From positions 153,753 to 217,752 of the forward strand of contig CAWDOF010000025.1 in the NCBI GenBank assembly GCA_963803715.1: a stretch of DNA of 64,000 nucleotides, in the 5' to 3' direction. This document shows, one piece after another, positions 40,155 to 47,774 of this stretch (position 1 is its first letter; each line of letters begins with the position of its first letter). This DNA comes from an uncultured Flavobacteriaceae bacterium. Lineage in GTDB: Bacteria; Bacteroidota; Bacteroidia; Flavobacteriales; Flavobacteriaceae. The notes below the pieces were generated by a model, which was given only the letters and a program-made list of their open reading frames with translations, was not told the DNA's origin and did no database searches. The translations under genes were made by a program, and so were the position numbers.

Positions 40155-41855
40155 TTAATTACTAGATTTTGATTCTAAAAAATTTAAACGCGCTACTAAA
40201 TCTTCTATGGATTGATCTTGAATAACATCTTTTGCTTTTTGCGATTCAATAATTCCTTGCTGCTCTTGTAGTGCCTTTATAAGAATGGGAATAAGCTCTG
40301 TATAGGACAATGTCAATATATCTGACTCTTTAACATAATGCGTAATGCTTGGAAACAACTCCTGCACTTCTTGGGAAATTAAACCCAAGTTGCGTTTGGT
40401 ATCCATTTGATCTTTCATTAAATAACTTACAGGATTGAGTTGCATCACTTTGTTTAGTGTGCCATTTTCTATGGCAGTGATGCCTTTTTTTAAGCGTCTA
40501 TCTGAAGGCTGTGCATAAGCACCAGTTGCTGCGTTAAAGGAACCACGATAATTACCATCATTAAATAGGAGTAAATAACCATTACTTTCAGTGTACATTT
40601 GCCAAGACCTTCCACTTCCAAGGTTTCGAATGCTAAAGGCATTTGTTCTATTTGCCGAGGTTGGTGGGCCATCTTGATGGGCTACTTCTAATAGGCTTGA
40701 TGGTTGGTGTCTGCCAATACCCACCTTACCGTTTTTTAAGACGGTTAAGGCATTGCTTTTATTAAAACTATTTGTACCATTACCAATTTCAAATAAAGGG
40801 TCTTCTGCTATCCAACTTGTATCTCCATCATTACTCGTACCTGGATTATCTGTAAAATCACCTATGTTGTAACGACCAATCGACAAAGAAACATAGGATT
40901 TAGCACTACTGTTTAATCCCAAGGCAGTTGAGAAATTACCAGAAGCTCTAGTGTTGGTTCCCAAGGCAGTTGAGGAATTACCAGAAGCAACTGTTGAAAA
41001 CCCCATTGCAGTAGAGTAATCATCAGAAGCAGTTGTAAAATGTCCCATAGCAGTTGAGTAATCACCCGTTGCAAATACAATATTTCCTACCGCTGTAGAG
41101 TATAAACCTGATGCATTTGCTTCATATCCCATAGCAGTTGAGAAATCACCCGTTGCAAATACAATATTTCCTATTGCTGAAGAACGTAAACCTGAAGCAG
41201 TTGCTTCACCACCCATGGCAACAGAATAATTTCCAGTTGCACCCCTTGTTGATGATTCTCCTTCATTACTTATACTCAAATCAACAGCTTCTTCGCCAAT
41301 AGGTCCATAATTTAGAGGATTTGCATCTACCAATCGCCAACCGTTGCGAAATACGCCAGAACCAGGTGATGTTTCTTCGGTAACTTTTTCTAAACCTGTT
41401 GGCGTGGTTGTTGGTTGGTTAATTAAATCGTTATAATCGCCACTAAATACATTATCTGCAATATCTGCGGTTTTAGCATGTTTCGCATAAGGCACAGACA
41501 TAAACTCAGTGGCATCAAAATCTATAGTCCCTCCACTATAGGTTATGGATGTTTGTAAAAAATGTAAGTCTGTACTCCAATCTATATCATTAAATACACC
41601 TACGATTGGAGAATTATCTGTGCCGATATTTAGTATAATCAATCCGTTACTATCGGTTGTGTAGTTATGGTCTTCCTGATATACAATGATGCCTGTTGCA
41701 GTAGTTTGATGTATAGTAAATTGAACAGTTATATATGTATTAGAAAGTACATTACCACTACTATCCTTAATTAAAGCTTTGTAATTAATGCCCTGTTGCG
41801 CAAAACTTGAGATTGAAATTAAAAGTGCAACGACGAGTGTGATTAGAGTCTTCAT
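40155..41855 (-). CDS. fibre paralog E: N-module, one STAMG repeat unit and a peptidase S74 intramolecular chaperone domain
   Basis: 566 aa. The C-terminal 116 aa, SDRRLKKGITAIENGTLNKVMQLNPVSYLMKDQ..GLISQEVQELFPS, are closely similar to the end of paralog C. Confidence 0.7.
   Translation of the reverse strand: MKTLITLVVALLISISSFAQQGINYKALIKDSSGNVLSNTYITVQFTIHQTTATGIIVYQEDHNYTTDSNGLIILNIGTDNSPIVGVFNDIDWSTDLHFLQTSITYSGGTIDFDATEFMSVPYAKHAKTADIADNVFSGDYNDLINQPTTTPTGLEKVTEETSPGSGVFRNGWRLVDANPLNYGPIGEEAVDLSISNEGESSTRGATGNYSVAMGGEATASGLRSSAIGNIVFATGDFSTAMGYEANASGLYSTAVGNIVFATGDYSTAMGHFTTASDDYSTAMGFSTVASGNSSTALGTNTRASGNFSTALGLNSSAKSYVSLSIGRYNIGDFTDNPGTSNDGDTSWIAEDPLFEIGNGTNSFNKSNALTVLKNGKVGIGRHQPSSLLEVAHQDGPPTSANRTNAFSIRNLGSGRSWQMYTESNGYLLLFNDGNYRGSFNAATGAYAQPSDRRLKKGITAIENGTLNKVMQLNPVSYLMKDQMDTKRNLGLISQEVQELFPSITHYVKESDILTLSYTELIPILIKALQEQQGIIESQKAKDVIQDQSIEDLVARLNFLESKSSN
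41044..41174 (-). repeat. near-identical 47-nt segments spaced exactly 84 nt apart (28 codons) inside paralog E
   Basis: cccatagcagttgag(t/a)aatcacccgttgcaaatacaatatttccta occurs at 41044 and at 41128. It encodes GNIVFATGD(F/Y)STAMG twice. Confidence 0.75.
41796..41825 (-). repeat. signal-peptide-coding 30-mer (copy in paralog E)
   Basis: Identical to the copy at 33342..33371. Confidence 0.8.
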
Positions 41856-41858
41856 ATT

Positions 41859-42011
41859 CTATTTTTTAAAAGTGGTTTCTTTAATGACCTTATTATTACA
41901 CATGATTTTTAAAACATAAATGCCAGGCATTAAATAATTAATATTTAGAATGATTGTTTTTGTTGAAATATGATCAATCTCAACCTTGTAGATGGTGCGT
42001 TTTTTTTTCAT
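41859..42011 (-). pseudogene. possible remnant of a T9SS C-terminal sorting domain (50-aa ORF)
   Basis: MKKKRTIYKVEIDHISTKTIILNINYLMPGIYVLKIMCNNKVIKETTFKK resembles the last strands of Por-type CTDs (..GIYxLKI..). It has no upstream passenger domain and stops 3 nt before the paralog E ATG. Confidence 0.3.
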
Positions 42012-42017
42012 CCTGAA

Positions 42018-42083
42018 CAAACCTAAGCAGAAGATTAGCAGAGGGCTATGAAATTTGTAACAGAAGCTGTGACTATTGTAACA
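42018..42083 (-). promoter_or_regulatory. candidate activator-dependent promoter: TGTTACAATAGTCA, 21 bp, TGTTACA, 37 bp, TAGGTTTG
   Basis: On the minus strand, TGTTACA starts at 42083 and at 42062. A perfect Bacteroidota -7 box TAnnTTTG lies at 42025..42018. No TTG -33 element is found at the expected distance. Confidence 0.4.
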
Positions 42084-42269
42084 TAGCAGTACTAGCCTAG
42101 GTTTAAAGGGTGTTGTTTTGTGTAAAGAAAAATTCAATGGATAGTGAAAAAACCCAAATTCTAAATTCTGAAAGGAAAAATTATCCTCAAAAATTGAGAA
42201 ATTTAAAACTGATAATCAGGACACTACTAAAATGTAATCTGAGGTAATTGAACAATAGATACTATAGGA

Positions 42270-45197
42270 TTAGTTGCGTTCTGCAAACTCGGTTGGTGTG
42301 CAGTTGTACAGTTTTCTAAAACATTTTGTAAAATAAGAGTGGTCATTGAAACCAACCGAATACCCAACTTGAGAAATATTAATATCGGATGTTTTTAGCA
42401 ATTGCGCAGCTAATTTAAGGCGTTGGGAACGTATGAATTCGGTTGCTGTTAATCCTGTAAGCGCTTTTAGTTTTCTGTGCAATTGCATACGGCTCATGCC
42501 TACAGCTTCAGAAAAATCGGTAACATTAAAGGAAGACTCCACTAAGTTCGTTTCTAGAATGGTCTGTACTTTCTCAAGAAATTTCTCGTCGAGATTGGTA
42601 ATTGCAATGTCCTTTGGTAGTAATATCAATTCCTGACTGTAGCGCAATTGAAGCTGCCGTCTTGATTCTATAAGTTTTTGGACTTTTAATTTTAATAACT
42701 TTTTATCAAATGGTTTGGTGATGTAATCATCAGCTCCAGTATCAATGCCTTTAAATTGACTCTCTACCCCAGCCTTTGCAGTTAGTAAAATAATTGGAAT
42801 GTGCGAAGACCTTTCGTCACTTTTCAGCTCTTGAGTTAAGGTGATACCATCTTTTTCGGGCATCATAATATCCGAAATAATCAAATCTGGTATATGCTCT
42901 AAGGCGAGTTCAACACCTATTGACCCGTTGGGAGCAGAAATGACATTGTAGCTATCTTCAAATGTTTGTTTTAATAAATTTCGTAAATCATTATTATCCT
43001 CGACTATTAATAAAATAGGCAGTTGATTATCTACAATTTCGTCGTCATCTTCCGTTTCTGCATCTATATGTAGCTGATATTCATTTGGTGTCTCTGTGGG
43101 TGAGCTCGATATAATTGAGTCGTTTTTAAAACTCATTCTATCTACCGAAATGTTCAATTTAAAAGTAGTTTCTGCGTTAGGTTCACTGGATACTTTTATA
43201 ACCCCTTTGTGCAATTCAACCAATTCTTTTACCAATGCCAATCCAATGCCTGTTCCTTGATTTTGCTCATTTGTTTGATAAAAACGTTCAAAAATATGTT
43301 GAGATTGGTCTGCAGTCAAGCCTTTACCAGAGTTATTGACTTCCATAAATAATGTCTCGTTCTCTATATAGGCTTGGCAAGTAACATTACCTTTTTTCGG
43401 GGTATATTTTATGGCGTTGGATAAAAGATTAACGGTAATTTTTTCGACAGCATCTTTATCGAACCAAACTAAGTCTTGATCATTTGCTACGGTTATGCTG
43501 TAGGTAATCTCTTTCTGCTTGGCATGATATTTAAATGAATCTGTTAAAGAAGAAATCAATTGAAGCACATGACCTTGTTGAATATTCAATTTTAGCTGTC
43601 CAGCATCAATCTTAGAAAGCTCTAACAATTGATTCACTAACTCTAAAAGGCGTTGAGAATTTTGTTTGGCCACTGTAAACTGTTGCCTTTTTTTGTCTGA
43701 AAGCGATTCTTCCCCTAACAAATCGTCAATGGGGCTTGTAATTAAGGTGAGAGGCGTCCGAAATTCGTGCGAAATATTAGTAAAGAAATTGGATTTAAGC
43801 TCATCCAATTCTTCTAATCTCGTGTTTGTTTTTTGGCGATTTCGATACAAAAAATACAGAAAAACTCCAGCGATAGTGGTAATGGCAATAGCTCCAAGTA
43901 AAAGATTCCGTTGATTCTTTTTTTGCTGCAATGCCAGCTCATTCTGCGATTTTAATGAGGTTATTTCCTTGTCTTTATTTGCCGTTTGATATTTCCCTTC
44001 TATTTCCTTTATCTTCTCAGCAATTTGAATCTCATTTAGTGAGTCCTTTATTTTATACCCTATTTTATTCAAATCGTTCGCCCTTTTGTGCTCACCCATT
44101 TGAGAATAGGTGTCTGCCATTACAAATGCTATTTCCTTTTCTATAAGACTATTATTTGTACTTTTATTTAATTCTAGTGCAGTTTGACACCATGACAGCG
44201 CCTTTTTCAGGTCGTCTTTTAAAAGTGAAAGTTTAGCTAATTCAAGAGCATTGGTACTTGCTTCTAGTTTAAAATCTGCCTGCTCAAAGAAATTGAATGA
44301 TTTTGTAAATATAGCTTCAGCTTCATCATACAGATTTTCATTTAATTTTATTTCTGCGAGAGTAGTTCCAATTTCGGACGCATTGCCTAAGTCATTAATT
44401 TTATAAAAGAATGCTTGCGAAATGGTTAAAAGACTATCCGCTAGGTCAAATTTATGCTGCTTAAAATACAGTTTGCCCAGCTCCACATTATTTGTGCTCA
44501 TGTAGTATTCAGCAGCAGCGGGCGATAATTTTTCGAACTGACTGTTCGCCTTTAAATAATAAGATTCGGCGAGCTCTAAATCGTCAAATTTCAAGTATAG
44601 ACTCCCTAGGTTCTGATAGGCTGCCGCGATAACATCAGGTCGTAATGCTTTTTTAAGGTGCATTGAATCTACCTTTAAAAAGAAAACCTGGGCTTTTTCG
44701 ACATAATCTTGGCGTGAATAAATTGTTCCCAAAGCAGTGTACGTATCAGCTCTAGTCATATAAGAAAGTTCTGCGTCAGATTTGATATTCCTCAAAGCTT
44801 TATTACATGCAATCTCTGCTTCATCATATTTAGATAAGAGATATAGATTTCGGCATAATCCATTGTAAGCTATTGCCGCGCCAATATTATAGTTTTCTTT
44901 TTCCGACCTTTTTGCAGATTGTTCTAAATAAAATAAAGCAGAGTCAATTTGCTGGGTTCTTCTAAAATATTGAGCAAATAAATATTCTGTATCTGCAAGT
45001 CCTCTTTGGTAATTACTTTTTTCGGCAACCTTGAAACTTTTATTAATATAGTATAGCGCACTATCAGGTTTAGGGTTTATATGTTGGACTACCTTTTTCT
45101 TGTATTCGGAAATTGTTATGGAATCTTTCTTGAAGTTATTTTGTGAGCTGACCAAGCTTGCAGTTAAAAAGAACATTAAAATTAGAAGATATCTCAT
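42270..45197 (-). CDS. hybrid sensor histidine kinase / response regulator with an extracytoplasmic TPR sensor and AraC-type HTH output
   Basis: 975 aa with a signal peptide, about 400 aa of TPR-like repeats and a TM (LLLGAIAITTIAGVFLYFLY). It carries the H-box SHEFRTPLT, N/G boxes (LSNAIKYT, GTGIGLALV), a REC domain (ILLIVEDN..DLIISDIMMPEKDG) and an AraC HTH. Confidence 0.9.
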   Translation of the reverse strand: MRYLLILMFFLTASLVSSQNNFKKDSITISEYKKKVVQHINPKPDSALYYINKSFKVAEKSNYQRGLADTEYLFAQYFRRTQQIDSALFYLEQSAKRSEKENYNIGAAIAYNGLCRNLYLLSKYDEAEIACNKALRNIKSDAELSYMTRADTYTALGTIYSRQDYVEKAQVFFLKVDSMHLKKALRPDVIAAAYQNLGSLYLKFDDLELAESYYLKANSQFEKLSPAAAEYYMSTNNVELGKLYFKQHKFDLADSLLTISQAFFYKINDLGNASEIGTTLAEIKLNENLYDEAEAIFTKSFNFFEQADFKLEASTNALELAKLSLLKDDLKKALSWCQTALELNKSTNNSLIEKEIAFVMADTYSQMGEHKRANDLNKIGYKIKDSLNEIQIAEKIKEIEGKYQTANKDKEITSLKSQNELALQQKKNQRNLLLGAIAITTIAGVFLYFLYRNRQKTNTRLEELDELKSNFFTNISHEFRTPLTLITSPIDDLLGEESLSDKKRQQFTVAKQNSQRLLELVNQLLELSKIDAGQLKLNIQQGHVLQLISSLTDSFKYHAKQKEITYSITVANDQDLVWFDKDAVEKITVNLLSNAIKYTPKKGNVTCQAYIENETLFMEVNNSGKGLTADQSQHIFERFYQTNEQNQGTGIGLALVKELVELHKGVIKVSSEPNAETTFKLNISVDRMSFKNDSIISSSPTETPNEYQLHIDAETEDDDEIVDNQLPILLIVEDNNDLRNLLKQTFEDSYNVISAPNGSIGVELALEHIPDLIISDIMMPEKDGITLTQELKSDERSSHIPIILLTAKAGVESQFKGIDTGADDYITKPFDKKLLKLKVQKLIESRRQLQLRYSQELILLPKDIAITNLDEKFLEKVQTILETNLVESSFNVTDFSEAVGMSRMQLHRKLKALTGLTATEFIRSQRLKLAAQLLKTSDINISQVGYSVGFNDHSYFTKCFRKLYNCTPTEFAERN

Positions 45198-45587
45198 GTC
45201 TAATATTGATTGCTACAAACAAGATTTAATGACAATAAATAAGGCGATACTTAACATTACTGAATACCGCTTATGTTTCAATACTTTCTAAACAATGAAT
45301 ATTGATTTTGATAAGCCATTAGCAAAATATCACCTGAATAATTGGCTTAAATATAACTAATTATAGCAATATTTATAGGATAAATCTTATAATAAGTAAG
45401 AAAAAAGACATAGAAAGCAGAGAGGGATTTCCTACCCTCTAAGTAAAATTGGAGCAAAAATTTCACATTTGATTTAATAAAATTAGAGGATAACCAAAAA
45501 AAAACGTCTCTCAATCCTGGTTGCAAAATTTTTGAAGATTAAACTTTCAACCTTAGGATTTCCCTGCGAAATATTGGAATTTGAATT

Positions 45588-45989
45588 TCAATTATATTGA
45601 ACCTTAAAAATATCAATCAGAAAATCTGGCGGTACAATTTTATTTGGAAAGCTATCCATCAAATCCAAAACACGATTTATACTCTCATGGCCTAATCCCA
45701 TTCGCAATCCAAAGTTATGGAGTTTAATTAATTCTTTTCTGGTAATTTCGTTGTCAAGGTTCATTAGCAACACCAAACGATGAAATTGTACGATACGCTC
45801 GCTGTGCGATTTGAGATTTACATGAGAGACAGGATGGTCAAAGAGATAATCGAAATCTGACCGTGCAATCCCCAATTGTTTTGCAATGCTATGTAAAAAA
45901 TTATATTCAATTGATTTTACATGCGTATCGCTTTGTGCAAAGGCTATCATCTCAGAAAGCAAACTTAATTTTTGGACTCTGTTAATCAT
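45588..45989 (-). CDS. TerB-like (tellurite resistance TerB family) small helical protein
   Basis: 133 aa. The two-repeat helical pattern resembles TerB/DjlA-N family members. The assignment is tentative. Confidence 0.4.
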   Translation of the reverse strand: MINRVQKLSLLSEMIAFAQSDTHVKSIEYNFLHSIAKQLGIARSDFDYLFDHPVSHVNLKSHSERIVQFHRLVLLMNLDNEITRKELIKLHNFGLRMGLGHESINRVLDLMDSFPNKIVPPDFLIDIFKVQYN

Positions 45990-46374
45990 TTATGGGAGTT
46001 CTTATGGTTTAATATAAAAATAAGGGGATTTATCTATTGATAATCGTTGATAGTCTGCGACTTATCGAAAATATTTTAGTAATTCATCGCACTTTTCTTA
46101 CGTTGATCCGATTTATATTTTTAATAAACTGAATAACAGGTTTTTAAAAATTTATTGCAGTTCACCGATTAATTACTTTCTGAATTTAAAATTCGATGAA
46201 ATGCACAGTCAAACAATGCTGCTTTTTTTACTAATTTAGCAACACAAAAATGTACAGTCACGACACGAGAAAGCCAAAAAGGCTCATTACATCAAGGATT
46301 GCTTATTGGCTAACAGTCCCTTCCCGAAGCGTCGGGCTCGGGATAACCGCAAAAAGAAACAATATTATATACAC

Positions 46375-47184
46375 ATGAAACTACTTATCCTTAGCCTTGT
46401 TTTATCTTTTTTATGCATTGGTTTTTTATATGCACAAAGCACCGCCTCAAAACAAATTACTTCTATAAAACTTAAATCTTCACAACTCGAAGTCACTAAA
46501 AAAGTATGGATATATACACCTAAAAATTATAGGAAATCAGAAAAACGCTATCCCGTAATTTATATGTTTGATGCTCAAAATTTATTCGACGCTAAAACAT
46601 CTTATGCTGGCGAGTGGCAGATAGATGAGTACTTAGACTCCCTAAGTATTGAAAAAACTGAAGTTATTGTCGTTGGTATCGAGCATGGCAATGATAAACG
46701 TATTGAGGAACTCACCCCCTATCAGCATGAAAAGCATGGTGGTGGAAAGGGCGACAAATTTTTAGAATTTATTATTAAAGAGGTCAAGCCCAAAATAGAT
46801 AGAAAATTCAGGACTGAACCACAAGCGCAGCACACCACCATTTTTGGGTCTTCACTTGGTGGATTGATGGCACTTTATGCCACAGTAAAATACCCTGAAA
46901 CCTTTTCTAGGGCAGGCATATTTTCTCCTGCATTTTGGATTAATCCTGAAATTTATGATTTTGTGGAATCTTCAAAAATTCCCGCTACCACTAAATTCTA
47001 TCTAATGGCGGGGGATTCTGAAAGTGAAGAAATGGTACCCGATATGAATAAAATGATAAACCTGCTTAAAAAGAAAGGTGTCAACGAAAATCATATGAAA
47101 TCAAAAGTAGTCGAAAAGGGCGAACACAATGAAAAGCTATGGCGAGAGAATTTTCCAGAAGCTTTTGAATGGTTGATGAAGTAA
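46375..47184 (+). CDS. esterase family alpha/beta hydrolase (putative esterase / IroE-like fold)
   Basis: It has a signal peptide from the ATG at 46375, YPVIYMFDAQNLFD, and the GSSLGG nucleophile. Confidence 0.7.
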   Translation: MKLLILSLVLSFLCIGFLYAQSTASKQITSIKLKSSQLEVTKKVWIYTPKNYRKSEKRYPVIYMFDAQNLFDAKTSYAGEWQIDEYLDSLSIEKTEVIVVGIEHGNDKRIEELTPYQHEKHGGGKGDKFLEFIIKEVKPKIDRKFRTEPQAQHTTIFGSSLGGLMALYATVKYPETFSRAGIFSPAFWINPEIYDFVESSKIPATTKFYLMAGDSESEEMVPDMNKMINLLKKKGVNENHMKSKVVEKGEHNEKLWRENFPEAFEWLMK

Positions 47185-47208
47185 ACTATAAATTTAAGAT
47201 TGCTGTAT

Positions 47209-47637
47209 ATGTTTACTAGAGAACAATCTAAACAATTAAAACAAGAATTCTGGACCAGTTTTGGTAAATCCTTCCCTAGAAAATGGATACTTTATAATAC
47301 CAAAATGAAGGGTTTGGCGTTCAAATTTCATTTTGACACCACATCGGCTTCCGTATGCTTGGATTTAGACTGCAATTTAGTGCAACGGATAAATTACTGG
47401 GAAAAACTCATCAGCCTCAAATCAATATTAATTTCTGAATATTTAGAAAGCGCTCAATATGAAGAAACCTACTACCTAGAGAATGGCAAAGAGATTTCCA
47501 GAATTTACGTGCAACTTGATGATAAGGTTTCCATACATAATAAAAACACCTGGCAATCTGTAATGCAATTTTTTAGTGAGAAGATGGCTAAGTTTGAGGA
47601 ATTCTTTATAGAGTATCGAGCCGTTTTGGAAACTTAG
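47209..47637 (+). CDS. DUF4268-like hypothetical protein
   Basis: MFTREQSKQLKQEFWTSFGK.. resembles DUF4268 proteins of Flavobacteriia. The assignment is tentative. Confidence 0.4.
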   Translation: MFTREQSKQLKQEFWTSFGKSFPRKWILYNTKMKGLAFKFHFDTTSASVCLDLDCNLVQRINYWEKLISLKSILISEYLESAQYEETYYLENGKEISRIYVQLDDKVSIHNKNTWQSVMQFFSEKMAKFEEFFIEYRAVLET

Positions 47638-47774
47638 CATTTATTTATATGTTAGATGAGATTCCAATTGCGATAATTTTCAGAATCAAATGAAAATGCA
47701 AAAATAAGCGCTCAAATTTCCAGAGAAACCTGAGCGCAATTTTTAATGTTTATAGAATAGAATTTGTTACTATT

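Noticed and set aside
38500-41300. Regularly spaced short repeats that might suggest a CRISPR array
   Set aside because: The periodicity is 42 nt (14 codons), in frame and degenerate, within long ORFs. There are no unique spacers, leader or cas genes.
26937-42137. Prophage or tailocin remnant as the explanation for the tail-fibre-like genes
   Set aside because: No capsid, portal, terminase, tube, sheath, baseplate, lysis or integrase genes were seen, and no att-like flanking repeats or tRNA. All fibre genes carry Sec signal peptides, which virion fibres do not need. A very old domestication cannot be excluded.
42270-45197. Hybrid two-component regulator as the marker of a polysaccharide utilisation locus
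   Set aside because: There are no SusC/SusD, glycoside hydrolase or sulfatase genes anywhere in the window.
45100-45291. 63-aa ORF overlapping the start of the sensor kinase gene, plus other short ORFs in the track nested in or antisense to long genes (e.g. 242..478, 4193..4571, 17113..19068, 52277..52759)
   Set aside because: They are nested in or antisense to well-supported long CDSs. They have no family resemblance, and their composition is typical of AT-rich off-frame ORFs.
46037-46053. ttgataatcgttgatag as a Fur-box-like element upstream of the IroE-like esterase
   Set aside because: Only one GATAAT hexamer matches. It is better described as a TTGATA direct repeat 10 bp apart, and Bacteroidota Fur sites are poorly defined. 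This is too weak to call.
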